Origin: Ascidiella aspersa
Taxonomy: Eukaryota
Direction of reading: 5' to 3'
Length of the DNA stretch: 64,000 bases
NCBI GenBank assembly: GCA_963924565.1
Contig: OZ004611.1
Coordinates: forward strand, 20,894,001 to 20,958,000
The notes under the pieces are model-generated. The model had not been told where the DNA came from, did no database searches, and saw only the letters and a program-made list of their open reading frames with translations. Below, one piece after another: positions 13,611 through 26,196 of the stretch; the stretch's first letter is position 1; the number at the start of each line of letters is the position of its first letter. A program made the translations under genes and the position numbers.

Positions 13611-16600
13611 TCAGACGGTACAGATAATGCACTTCTGTAACAGTCTTAGCAACACCACAAAAAGCACAAGGGTAATGCCGCGCGGCGACGTAGTTCTAAC
13701 GGCAAATCCGCAAGGTGGTTTTGCTTCAGGTGGGCTTCTAGTGCAGGCCGGATGGAATGTGGCAAAGCGGTTTGGTCCTTTGCAGGCTGCTACACTCTCC
13801 AGGGCATCGTTTTCTTTCACACAGGCACAATTTCCAAACTCGCTCGTCGAAATAACGAATCCCACTGAGCACTTGGTGCCGTTTCTCGTGAGCTCTATAA
13901 ATGGAGTATTTACTTAACGCTGAGAGAAATATATGAACTATGTTTTTTGCCCGGAACTTTGAACCGCTCGCTGTGGAGCTTAGATTTCCAATTTACTGGA
14001 AAATAATTAACTACTTCGCGGTAGGACTACGCCTTGTGCTTCCAATACAAGTAAAATTAGCCAGTTTCAATTTTTTACCGCATTTGACCAGGTCTCAAAA
14101 GGCGTTTGCTAAAACTAGATGAGTAGCCCTAACCATGTATAATTGCAAACTATAACAATGGTAATCTTGGTTGATAGCCGTATTTGTCTAATTCTGAATC
14201 TGGAAATCAGATGGCACCCTTTGTTGACGATAGACTAAAATAAAATCTTAACGAGCTTTCGCACAACCGTGCTTCATCAGGTCAAAGTAGAAATAACATA
14301 AAAAATACGAAGTAGAAACACAAGCGCGAGTAATAGGCAATAAGAAGGGGAAGCCTGTTGGTGAACATTTTAACAAACGATTGCACTGTATAAAATACCT
14401 TCAAGTTTTGGTAATCAAAAAACTAAGCAACGGCACCCAACGGCACCTCACTTGTGCCACGTTCTTAAAAGCTCGTGCCTGTGAATGTATTAGACTGAAT
14501 TCTTCTTATCGCTTTTACTCGAGTTTTTGCTTCTACTTAGTGTATTTTAATTTATTTTATCTTGTCAAAGTTTCAATACAATTTGTCGTTAAAGAGTGCC
14601 ATCTGATTTCAAGACATAATAATGATAATGACTACGAATATAACCCAATCATAGTCAGTTTGCCATCTAACAAAATCCTAGTGATTTTGCCGCCAAGACT
14701 GCTTACCTTTAGTTTTCGGGTTCGTCATCGAACACAAAGAATGGGAGACGTGCCTCGGGAGATGATCGCTGAAAATGTAATAGCTGTTAAAATTTTATTT
14801 CTTATTTTTTTAAGTTTAACAAATATAAACAATTGGCCTTCAATAATAGACAACAGTTCACAATAGACAACAGTTCATTGTAAAAATTGAAGAGCTATAT
14901 TAATATGTTTAGTGTCATAAAAAACATAATGGATTTTAAACATTTCTTCCCCTATATATGTTGTTCGCGTTATTGTTTTGCCACTTGTACAAACAAGTCA
15001 TCTTGCTCTTTCGTGAATTTTCTATGGCCAAAAAAAACAAGAATTGACAATATAGGCTACGATAAAAAAGTGCGATGCGCGTGGCATTTTCGTCCAATTA
15101 TTGACTTGCAAACTGCTACGCATTATGCGGCTTAGTTTATGCTAACAAATATGGGTTTGAAAAAGCAATTAAAGTTGGTTTATCATGTCTAACAGAAGCA
15201 CCACCAAAAGTGGACCGCCCCTCAAACACCATTAAGTTTGCCATTACGTCAACAAGTGTTATCAGTTAGGGAGCAAGACTCCCATATTGACTTTATTACA
15301 ATCCCCAGACAATCTTTTAACACTCTATAGCGCATCTGCCCGTAGGAGGTTTCCACTATACATCAGCAAGTTAACACGTTAACACCCGATAGCGAGATTT
15401 CTCACTCATCTCCTGTGGGGCTTACATCAGTTGTTCTTAACCGTTTTTGCTGCGAACCAAAATCTTATCTGTGAAAGTGGCCACGACCACCTGGTTATCT
15501 TGCAGTAACAAACAGACTTTTAGGCTTCCACACTTAAAACTAAACAACCCCGCTATTTTGCTAACGACCAGAACACAAAACAATACCACAAACTTGAAAC
15601 AGTAAAAATACAAAGAGAAAGTAACACATCACCTAATATTTACGTTTTAAACTGCGCCTTAGTTACTCTTTGGTAACTAAGTCACAAGTCCAGCAAGCTT
15701 TCCTAAAGGGCATGAATTAAGATATGAAAATGAGGTATTCCATGTCATCGTTGGAAAATTAAATTAACACACCACGCCCTCTCCACGCCCAGTTCGAGAA
15801 TTCCTGCATCATGGTTGCCAGTAATGCGTTACTATTTCTTGACAATAACGCTATGAGTAAACGTCGTTGAATAAACCTACGGCCAACCTTACGTAGCCCG
15901 TACTTTACTTTGTCCGAAACCACCATATTTTACGAATGAAATTTGTAGCATTTAAAAAATTTTCTAAAATTCGAAAAGACAAGTTGGCCGGTTGCAGAAT
16001 AACATTGAATTGACCCTTAATAATGATTAGATCAGGGTTTCCAAAACTGACTCCTTGGCGGTAGGTGGACTAGTTTTGTAAAAGCTAAAAATAAATTTTA
16101 TAGTGTAGAAATAAACGTTAAGAAACAAAAGAGTTTAACTAAAAAAAAACACTTTGGCGCTCTCTCCTTAAATGTATTAGAGTAAATTTCAGCACCCAAA
16201 ACAGCAGGTTTCGCAAGTCTACTTGTTGATGACGTCATTTTAAAAAATTCATGCCAACCCTGGTCCACCCAAATCCAAAATAGGTTTAAGGAGTCCGAGT
16301 TATGAAAATTAATAACCCCTGTATTAAACAACGCTTATGTAATCTACAAGAATACAATGACCCGAAAAAACTCTCACTAAATAAGTCACATTTACAGTAA
16401 AAACCACTATAAATGTTCAAGGCATTTATCTAAACACTCATGTATACAAATTAGAAGCAACTTGCTGCGGGAAAGCAATGTGTTTGAAAGAATATGCACT
16501 AATTATCTCGTATAAATAGCAGCATTAGATTGGATTATAGTCATTAGGATCTGAATTTCTACTTTGAACAACCCTACTGAGCGCCGGTCCGAATATTACC

Positions 16601-17641
16601 CACGTTGATTTTTTTGTGTTATATCCTTATTTTGCAGGTTCTCGCGTATTCGTAGAATAAAGCAAATTATACACAATTTTAAACTTTTGTATAGAAGTCT
16701 GTGTTAAGAACCATTCGCTTACAATGCGTCGATCACATTGCAAAAGGAGCTGTCCAGGCTCGGGTAGTTCATGCACTTGCCATCCACAATCACTGTCCTA
16801 TTAAACTGGAAGGTGCAGCTGCCGTTGTGCTGTGTGAAAGACATTCAGCGGCCAAGTTTAGTTGTGCTGTTCATTGTATGGAATCCGAACGATAACAAAG
16901 TTCCGAATTACATAAATGAAGCATAATGGTTGGAGGTTAATGCAGAATATAAAATTAAAGTCTATACAGAAGTATAGTTAGCATTTTGAACGTATTTAGA
17001 ATATCTCTTTATTCATTGTTAACATGGTACGTAAGCACTGATTCTAAATATATGCATGTACTGCTTAGGCAGACTGCGAAAAAGAAGGAAACAAGGAGAA
17101 ATGCACTATCTCAACCAAAGTGGTCCGTCTGCCAGTCTGACTTGGCAGTATAAAATATACTTAAAGCAGTACCGTCTCACCATGTTGAAAATGACTAAAG
17201 AGACATTCCAAACATTAACGGCTTTTTAGCATATATGCCTACAAATGAAGTAGTACAGTCAAAAGTTTATTTATTTTAAAAATTGATGACTTTTGGATAT
17301 AGTTAGTGATAGAGCTCATGGACATTTTGCGAAAATCAAAATATTTGTTAAAAACGAAAATTGTTTGTGGCATTTGAGCAAAACAAGGCAAAAAGATAAA
17401 ACTTTTTTCAAAGATGGTTTTAAATTTTTATTGGACCTTGTATAATCATAAAACAGTTTGGCAACTCAAAAGCTTCAGTGTTTAATATACTTAGGGAAAA
17501 ACATGTTGTAGTAAAGAAGTTGAAACTTACCTTAGATAACTGACAGGGTGGTTTGGCAACAGCAGACACAGTTTTGTCGAACCTCACCATGAACATCAGG
17601 CAGAGCAACGGAGTCTTCGTGAAACTAAGCATGCTTACCAT
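13611..17641 (-). CDS. Cys-rich secreted/GPI-anchor-like protein 'B', 187 aa, 4 exons (17641-17531, 16829-16723, 14768-14707, 13894-13611)
   Basis: All introns are GT-AG with matching phases (0,2,1); total 564 nt. Protein MVSMLSFTKTPLLCLMFMV...PPCQLSK|HNGSCTFQFNRTVIVDGKC...FCNVIDAF|DHLPRHVSHSLC...|LTRNGTKCSVGF...GITLVLFVVLLRLLQKCIICTV* has hydrophobic N- and C-termini. Confidence 0.8.
16033..16321. mobile_element. Degenerate hAT MITE, same family as 4617-4956
   Basis: CAGGGTTTCCAAAACT...TAACCCCTG; shares the GATGACGTCAT and GGTCCAC internal segments. Confidence 0.6.
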
Positions 17642-17883
17642 GACTGCTTTCGTTTCAGACGTGCGAAATAAAAAATTAGCTGAAGTTTAACTGGGTTGCT
17701 CTAGGTTACGAAAACACGTAATCACTGGATTGGTGTGTATGATATTACGATGTTTTGGCAATTTAAATCGTTATTTTTAACGTTATAAAGAAGTTAAAAA
17801 TTGTATAGGCTACATCCTTTACTCCTAAAAATATCCTAGCCTTTAGCCTGTTTGGCGAACGAAATCTGTCATTATCTAGATAA

Positions 17884-18000
17884 ATACGTTGCGATACGTA
17901 CTAACGTACTTGTATCATCATCAGTCAATGTGCATTTAACTGTTGGTGATACAAGTAACGTCTTTATCAATATGATGTCGATTTACTCGACATTTTTAAC
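17884..18000. mobile_element. Penelope-like family 1, inverted pair with a degenerate hammerhead
   Basis: Minus strand reads CUGAUGA-U-GAUAC...GUAUC-GCAAC-GUA; the adjacent plus-strand piece matches family-1 GATGTCGATCTACTCGAC. Confidence 0.5.
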
Positions 18001-18182
18001 TTAAGGATTCAATATCAAGTTATCTTACAGGTATGTGCATATAGTGTACGTAAAAATTTGTCATATACCACATAAAACAAAATTATTTTTAAGTGCCAAT
18101 TTAAAAGTTTTTTTCTACGCAATCTTGCAAAGTAATAACTGCAAAACTTAGGCGGTACAGTCTTATAACCTAACCTTTAGCA

Positions 18183-18647
18183 CAGGGGTCGGCAACGTAC
18201 AGCCCGCGGGCAAGCTCCGGCCCGCACCAATTGCAAACTAGACAGGAGGCCGTTTCCCATATTATTTGTTTATTTTAGCTACGTAAATGTAAATTTCTTT
18301 CGCCCTTCGCCCTTCGCCCTAATCTTATTTGCACACCGAGTATGTTTGCGCCTCACATAACAATCAATCTGGAACTAGGCGCCCAGCTGCATAATCTGGA
18401 ACTATCAACAAAGGAAGTTCAGCCAATTAAATTTTTTGCGTTTCCCAAAAGTATTTTTATTAAATCCGTTTATTATGATCATCGGTTACGCTGTGCTGAC
18501 TCGAATTTTAAATCATACAAACGCATTTTTAATGTAGGCTAATCAGAATCATTTTTGCAAAATATCCAGGGTCCGCCCCTGATTAAAAGTTGTTTTAATA
18601 AAATGCTCAAAACTAAACGTTTTAAAAAAAATATTAGTTGACCCCTG
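18183..18647. mobile_element. hAT MITE
   Basis: CAGGGGTCGGCAAC...GTTGACCCCTG; TSD CTTTAGCA/CTCTAGTA. Confidence 0.8.
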
Positions 18648-19991
18648 CTCTAGTACCACAGCACTGCGTCTTAGTCTACCATTACCGTAAATAGCAACTG
18701 TTCAAATGCGGTTGAATGTCTGCTAACAGTTAACATAAAGTTTGCTCCCCTATAGTGTAAGCTTCTATCACGCCCAACAACAAACTAGATGAACGGAGGA
18801 GGAATGCTTGCCTTCCGCGAAAACATGTCTTTCATGAATGGTAATCATCGAACGCTATCTCCATAAACCGCAGCACATCTCAGGTAACTGTTCAAAGATA
18901 CCACACAGGTCGTCGATTTGTTTTTGTGAATAATTTTATCTTTTTGCATCTGTGCTATTTAAAAGCTTAAGCAAATAGTTGGCATGTTGACAAACTGTCT
19001 AAATTTTAGTTAGGTTTGAGGTTAATAAATTCTCCCAACGTAAAAACTAACTATAATCCGTAATTATACGGTCGGTGGGGTCCTTGGACCAACCAGAGTC
19101 TTTAAAATAGTTTTTTTATGGGGTCCGAGAATAAAAAGTTTTAAACCACACCCAAAATAGATGAACGGAAAGACTAAACCATTTTATAATCCATTTCACT
19201 TAGTAATAATTGCTCAGTGTTTTATTTAGTTACCTTTTTCTTGTTTTATCTTAGCTTTTCTTCCTAAAAAATCGTTAAAAAACAATAGGAGTGCGGCCTC
19301 CACGTAAAATTATAAAAGTTTGGCAACAACTACACTAAGATGTTGCGAGTTTAGGAATTTATCTATTTAAATGGTCTGCTTAAATACCCATATGGCACAT
19401 GCATTTGAGTATACGATTAACAGTTTGCCTCCACTTACCGTAAACCATACCCTCAATTTTCATGAAAATTGTGCATTATGCTAAAATGGGATCGTTTTGC
19501 TTGTGATTTGCAATTGTCCTATTTGCTATTTCGAGAACTAGGTTTTTGTTAAGACTTTGCAATTATATTTGAGTTGTATTTCAACTGTTTACATAACATT
19601 TTTCTAACATACCTAGCATATTTTTTTCTTTGGTATTTTTATTGTTGTTTGTCTTTTCGATATGCAAAAAATATGAACTAAGCTTTTAGGAGTTTTGCAT
19701 ATTCTTATCAAAATATTTGATTTGTGAACAAAAACGTGTGTTTGACCACGCCAAGACACTAATGCAGTAATCCAAACAACAATATATGTTGTTTTTAAAT
19801 CAATGTATTCCTAACGTCAAAGTTTGTCAAACTATATATATTTTCAGGTCAAAATTTGTCAAAATTTCTATTTTTAGATCAAAAATTAACCGCCCTAATT
19901 TAATTATGAGTGAATGAATTATACGACACCCCTATAAGTGGATTGCTTAATTATTATAGTAACGTAAATTGGTGGAATACAGGCTGTAGAG

Positions 19992-20470
19992 CAGTGGTCG
20001 GCAAACTGTAGCCGCGGCCTAAATGTGGGCCGCAAACCCATTTTTAGTGGGCCGCGAGTTACTTTTGAATAGCCTAGTCTTGGCATGTAGTTAATGGCCG
20101 CGTCATATCCGTACATTCATTGCACTTTATTATAAAAGTTGACGTGGTAAAGAATTTCTTAATTGGCACAGGTTGGAGAGACTCACGCGCCAATGTGGTC
20201 CTGAGAGCCTATCGATCTATATTTTTTGCCAAGTTTAACTACTGTATATGCAAACGAAAAAATGTTCGCGCTTCGCGCGTATATTCTTCGTTTTATAATA
20301 TGTTTTACATTACATGGCAGTGTTTTGGGCATCAAGGCGCCGTGTAATATTTAACTTTTAAAATAAATATCCTAAATCAGCAACTGTTTCGTAGTGGTTT
20401 TTCGTGGTGGGCCTTCAATAACTCTGGAAAGACTACTTTGAACCGCGCCAAAAAAGTTTGCCGACCACTG
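19992..20470. mobile_element. hAT MITE
   Basis: TIRs CAGTGGTCGGCAAACT / AGTTTGCCGACCACTG; perfect TSD CTGTAGAG. Confidence 0.93.
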
Positions 20471-20479
20471 CTGTAGAGT

Positions 20480-20579
20480 CAGGGCCAGACTCGGGACTCG
20501 ACGAAATCGCACATTTGACCGGAGTCGGACTCGGGACTCGAAAGTCGGTTGGGTTATTTTTAACCGACTACCAGCCCTG
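20480..20579. mobile_element. Short MITE with GGAGTCGG/GACTCGG repeats
   Basis: CAGGGC...GCCCTG ends; related piece at about 27031-27105. Confidence 0.55.
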
Positions 20580-21029
20580 CTGGCAGCAGCCGTTTTTTTT
20601 CATACAACCATTTTTTAAAAATAAATCACACTACGTCGGCACTGCTAAGATTTTTTAAAAAACATTAATTAGGGATTCGTTTGATAAATTAGGATCTCCT
20701 CGGTAGAACAAATCGAATAACCTAGAAGTTGAGAATTTGATAAAACTAGCTTGAGGTTACCTTTATTTACTAATCGTGTTTATTTATACTCTCTAAATAG
20801 TTTTTGCTTAACGACCTTGAAGCTTAAAACAAATTGTAGAATTCGGATTACGCTACAAGACTGCCGTGAATAAATTCAAACTTTATAAAATGTCATAAGT
20901 TAAAAACGTATTTTACGCAACAATGCTAGAATTTTGCAATAAACACTTCAACCCTTTTGAGGGGAAAAGCGACAAATTATTCTAACAAGACGACAAACTC
21001 TCACAGTGAAAATTACAATTGCATGAAAA

Positions 21030-23618
21030 TTACAGAAACTGAGTTTCTTCTGTATCTTTAGTACTTTCCGCGCTTTTTTTAACAATGGTTGGTAAGCTTT
21101 TTGTGTTGTTGTACAGCCGGTCACAAACGAGCAAGGTGGCCATGCTGACTATCAAGAAACCGATGTGAATGTACAACTTGGTTGAGACGCATAGCATGGT
21201 GCTCCACCCAGTGGCGGTAGCCATACCGAGCGTCATCAACAAACTATTTACGCTGAACGCGACGGCTAAATGATATTTAAAGTATACGGCGGTTAAACCT
21301 GAAATAAATAAATCGCATGAATACCAATATATATACATTTTAGCTCGGTTTTACAAATCTTGGTCCCGTTTCAAATAATGTGTTTCTTACAGGCGTTTTT
21401 TAAAGCAATAATGATATAATTTTTATTCATTAATGTAATAATGTTAACGAAATAGAGCATTAGCATTACCATTATACTTATAAGTCCCAAAACGTGTACA
21501 AAAATATAGCCGAGTAGAAAAACGAAAAGCAAAAAGGATTAAATTTGTAATGCAATGTGTTACATTTGTCGTTGCCAAAACCGCCAAAAAAGGCATAATG
21601 CCCTAGTGAAGGCTGTGAATTTGTGGGCCCTGCGAGTAGAACAGAGACTAACAAAAGTTTCTCACGTAATTTTGCAATAAAATCACATACATGTGCTACG
21701 CGAATTGCAACGTTTATCCGATAAGAAGTTCTACTAATGCGTTATATTAATGTATTTTTAACTTTTTTAATAAATTAGAAGTGAAAAATCGTTGGACGAT
21801 TCAAGAAAGTTTGGAAGATGATTGTTGGACAAAACAGACGTTATTTATCATTATTTTGTGCTCTGGTTTTCTTCAAGCTTATGCATTTATTCTGTATTAA
21901 GATGATAAGTATAATACAAAAAGAAGTAAAATTAGTTTGATCAAATAAATTAATTTTGCAAAAGTGCAAAAAAACAATAAAGAATACATATCTAATTTTA
22001 TTGTGATGACACCACTGGGGCGCGGCTCTGATTCTCTATCCAGGGAATGCTGTTTAGTTATTTGCCTCATATTTATTTTAAATAGAATTCGTTCCAATGG
22101 CTTGTTAAGTTGAAAGCTAATAAACTTATTTAATGTCTAACTAAGAGATGGTCCACAAACAAGATTTCTTCGGTAAAATGAAAAATCATTCCGTGTACCA
22201 GTAGCATTTAAACAAATATTTTATGAAACGCTTTAAACAGAACAGAATCATATTATTGTCTCCGTTGTGCTCAACTTTTGGATAACAATGGATCACATTC
22301 ATTTTTCAAATCAAAAAGTAATGTTGGGTACACTATGCACGGATCTGTAATGTAGCTTAATAATAAATTTCAAAGCCAAAAAGGTCGAGTAGATCGACAG
22401 TATTTGCTTTTCAGCCACACCAACTGAAGATGATACAAGTTCGTATTGAAACGTCCTAATCAAGATGCTGTCGATCTACTCGACCTTTTTGGCTTTGAAA
22501 TTTATTACTAAGCAACAGTAATGTTATTAAGATAAACTCAAAAAAGTATTTTTGTGACTTCGCTATGGAAAACGGACTCCCAGGGGCATATGTCGCCATG
22601 GATGTAGGGCCCGAGTTAAACGGCGATTTTAACCTTTTGTGTGTGATGATTGGTATAGTAAGTATAGTACTATAGGAGATAAGTTGTAGTTGGTAAGTAG
22701 TAAGCTGTAGGTTTAGTTATTTTAGTTAGTTACTACTGCACTCCCCCAAATAGGTTTAGACGATACGGCGGGACCCTATTTTTCTATTTAAACTCAGTAA
22801 GCCATTAACAGAGGGCATCTACCTTATAAGAATAAAATCACAATAAAAAATATCCAAATTTTTTATTTAACTGGTATATAGATAAACACTGATTATATAG
22901 AAAGTAACAATAGTTTAAAATAGTTGTTATTAACTTTCCATGAGTTGGCTACAACTTATTACAAAAAAATCAGAAAACTCTTAAGAAAATTGGTATGATC
23001 TAACAATTCACAGGGAGATCCATTGATCCATCATTAAAACCCCAAATTTGATCTTAAAAGAAAATTAATTTAATGAGTAACTTAGTATATATAGCCTCTC
23101 CCAAACCGACTTGATGGTCCCAAGGAAGAGAGGGGTTAACGGTTCATAAACCTAATAAGAATATCAAAGCCCATGCATAAGTAGGTATCTTTTTTAACGT
23201 TTCGAATAACTCTTTATAGGCTTTGATATTCTTTTTACGTCTTCCTACAACCTCCAGCCATTATGCTCCTAGGTTCATAAACACTTTGAGGAATACCTGA
23301 CAATCATTCGCTCCACAAGAACTTAAATCCGTATTTGCAGTGGTAAGATTCGCAAGAGACGTTGGCGCAACTGTTGTGTTCGGAGATCCGCTATCTTTGT
23401 CATCAAATATTAAAAAAACTGCCGAAGTGAAAGCGTTTCCGATGATTTTTGTAAAAAACGAAAGCTTTGTATACGTTAGGTCTCAAACTGTCAAAAGACG
23501 CTACCTGAGCAAGATAAGTGGCGGCATAAAAATATCCCAAGGCACGTTGGGTGTAGGTTACGAGCGGTTGTGTCTTAGCAGCGTCTGATGCCTCTTGTAC
23601 AACTTTCTTGTAGCCTAC
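21030..23618 (-). pseudogene. UNC-93-like (UNC93A family, MFS fold) gene fragments: exons ~23618-23505, 23446-23297, 21298-21030
   Basis: QRALGYFYAATYLAQ|IIGNAFTSAVF...LSSCGANDCQ resembles UNC93A FGIFF..FQSSGVWGNLISS...SCGASDC. The terminal exon AVAFSVNSLLMTLGMATATGWSTMLCVSTKLYI resembles AFANYRLWESLGFVIAFGYSTFLCVSVKLYI (both compared from memory). One acceptor reads AA, the phases do not join, and I found no middle or N-terminal exons. Confidence 0.75.
22326..22514. mobile_element. Penelope-like family 1 fold-back with hammerhead motif at 22424-22455 (+)
   Basis: Inverted arms of about 50 bp (TTTCAAAGCCAAAAAGGTCGAGTAGATCGACAG and its reverse complement) flank CTGAAGA-T-GATAC-AAGTTC-GTATT-GAAAC-GTC. 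Confidence 0.7.
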
Positions 23619-23734
23619 CTTTGAATATACACAAAATTTAAATTTAATTTTAAATATTGTAACTCGTATTTGATTAAAAAATGTTAACAAAAAGATAACC
23701 AGTTAATTAATAAATCCACACTTATTAGCATGCA

Positions 23735-23936
23735 GTATTTTCTTCATTATTCTCGCTGTCGTAGGGTATACCACTTTTTTGTGAATTACCGTAGGATAGT
23801 ACACCGAAATCCATTGCAGACTCGTCCAATCTGTTGATCAATGATGCAAGCAGAGTAGAAAAACAACTATAGCCTGCAGTGAGGTTTGAACTCACGACCT
23901 CCGGTTATACCGGGACAGCCTCTCCACCAACTGATG
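23735..23936 (-). mobile_element. tRNA-derived SINE (head 23936-23870 plus body)
   Basis: Minus strand TCAGTTGGTGGAG (A-box-like) ... GGTCGTGAGTTCAAACCTCAC (B box/T arm); body segment GAGTCTGCAATGG..GGTGTACTAT recurs at about 25640-25668. Confidence 0.7.
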
Positions 23937-25598
23937 AGGGGCTACTTTGAACAGCACTCTCACTTTGAACACTAATCTAAAAAATTCATTGCACCATACA
24001 TTAAGGGCCGTAAAATACACAATATGAATCGGTTTTCCCTGAAAATTTCATGAAATAGACTTCAATACCCGCTCTTTTCGAATATTTTAAAACAAGATTT
24101 CTATGTTGACAGTAAGGACTGCTTTGATACTAAAACTGCACCACGTGACTTTTATTAACATTTGGTACTTTGTAAGTAGTCTGGAAACTTCTAGTTGGAT
24201 CTCGGAAAGTAAAAGAGGTTTTGATCTATGTTTTTCAGTAAAATGCTAAGAATTGTATTAGCACACGAAAGATAATTCAAAACTGGGTTTATGTTGAGAA
24301 TATCGTTCATTATCTAAAAATTACTAAAGTGGGTCATCTTTTTATTTTGGTGTGTCTAACTTTGAACAGTGTTCAAAGTAGCCCCACCTACATTTTTGGC
24401 GACATCAAAACGTTTTTAGTGCTGTTCAAAGTATCCTATACGTGTTGTTGTTGCATTAAAGTATCATTGGTAAATAATGTCCTACTTTAGAATCGTCATA
24501 CCTTAGTGGTACTTTCGTTGACCATGCAAATGGTATGCATACCGAAGTTTAATTTTTTTTTCAGCATAAAAATACATCCATTAAATCATCATATTTTATG
24601 AACTAGATCAGGGGTCGGCAACCTTTTTATTGTCGCGGGCCAAAACCAAACTGAGAAAGGTCTCTGCGGGCCGCACAAAATGTTAACTAAAATTGTGTTA
24701 TTAACCTGTTCGAACAACTGTGAATCAGGCGGGCCTCGGATCGTTTTTGCACTTAAAAACGTGTTTATTTAAATTTAAGGAGGCAGTAAAGTGTTGGCGC
24801 AAAAAAGGCTTTGTTTTGTTTAAAATTCGAGTTCACACGTCGTCATCGATACTACTAGTGAAAAGTGTAATAAAACTACTTTGGGGAACGCGATAACATT
24901 TAAAGTAAATTTAGCTCTGTGTTTGTAAACGTTTTGAAGTGGGCGCACTTGGCGAGCGAAGCTAGCGCGACTTTCTTTTGGTATACCGGCATTTCTTGCA
25001 AGTTATTATTACATTGCCAAAAATGAAAATTAAAAAAATCTTAACAAAGATATGTCCAATATTTTAATATGTTTTCCGTTTTTTGCGAAGCACTTGGCAG
25101 CTGTGTACGGTGCAATGGTAAAGAAGTGCTGATCTAGTTGAAAAAACAGCATCAAAACGTAACCAAACCGGAAGTAGAAAGATCATTCGCGCAAAGCGCG
25201 AAAATTTTTCGCACTTTTGTAGTTCAAATAGTCAAAAAGTATGTGAAATGGTGTCTAATTTGTCAAAGAGGCATCGGCGGGCCGTAGGTTGCCGACCCCT
25301 GAACTAGAATATTGATAAGCACTGTAAAACATAGTTCGTGCATACAAACGATCACTTGACGAAAACTATACCTACAGCCTATTCGAGTCAAACATTGTCA
25401 ACAGCGATGGGGCCGGTTCAGAAAAAGTTTCTGTCGTTAGCAAGCAAAATGAACAACATTCCTTTGGGAACGTTGAGCAACAAAGACACTGGTACTACCG
25501 GCCATCTAACAGTTTTTAGCGAAGTGGAAGAAGATGCGTTCGTTGAACACATCCAAATCGTTGGAAAAAGGGGTTTTGGACATAGGTTTCTACCTTAG
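23937..25598 (+). mobile_element. Degenerate pogo/Tigger-like element, interrupted by a hAT MITE; transposase N-terminal remnant ~25370-25590
   Basis: GGGGCTACTTTGAACA / TGTTCAAAGTAGCCCC inverted subterminal repeats (23938, 24370). YSSQTLSTAM..V..KFLSLASKMNNIPLGTLSNK...TVFSEVEEDAFVEHI....RGFG fits a psq HTH followed by a CENP-B-type HTH. Linking the repeats to the remnant as one element is inferred. Confidence 0.6.
24609..25301. mobile_element. hAT MITE
   Basis: TIRs CAGGGGTCGGCAACCT / AGGTTGCCGACCCCTG; TSD AACTAGAT/AACTAGAA. Confidence 0.92.
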
Positions 25599-25681
25599 CA
25601 AAGTATGGTTTCTACCTAAGCAAACTCACTGAATCGACAGAGTCTGCAATGGCTTTTGGTGTACTATTTATGTATATGTAT

Positions 25682-26196
25682 CAGGGAGAACCCGAACCGA
25701 ACAGGAACTTTATGAACCGGGATTGGGCTAAATTTTTCCGAACCGTAACCGAACCTGAACCGTTTTCTGTACGATTTTAAGGATCTGAACCGAATATTTA
25801 AACAAAGAACCTAAACCTTGACCGAATCCGAGCCTATTAAGAAAAGCGGTTCAATCCAGCATTACGTCACAACTTGTATTTTGCAGAGTAAAGAATAATC
25901 TTTTCAATAATCAGCTGCTAGTTTTTTAAAACGTCACGTAACTTGAATTTAATACGAGTTGTAATTCAATATAATTATTCACATTTATAGACCCACATTT
26001 TTAGATTTAACGCAACCAATATTGTATCCTAACCGGAACTTTTTAAACCGGTTTTGAAAATAAATTTAGTCGAACCGGAGCTAAACCGGAACTTTTAAAT
26101 CGCTCAAAACCGAAACCGGAACTGAACCGGATTCCCCAAAAATTATTGAACCTGAACCGAACCTGAACTGGAAAAGTCAAACGGTTCGACTCCCTG
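25682..26196. mobile_element. MITE with many GAACCG/AACCGG subterminal repeats
   Basis: CAGGGAG...CTCCCTG termini; numerous AACC(G/T) hexamer repeats. Confidence 0.75.

Noticed and set aside
17170-17240. Apparent extra minus-strand exon of gene B
   Set aside because: Stops in all three frames from the tag acceptor, and the sequence is a degenerate family-2 repeat.
18755-18883. Plus-strand AG...GT bounded segment
   Set aside because: Stops in all frames and no partner exons.
21897-22058. Possible missing UNC-93 exon (EPRPS...MYSLL)
   Set aside because: Only a faint resemblance; AT-rich low-complexity sequence with no convincing donor.
23870-23936. tRNA gene
   Set aside because: The acceptor stem and 5' end are incomplete and it continues into a repeated body, so it is called a SINE head.
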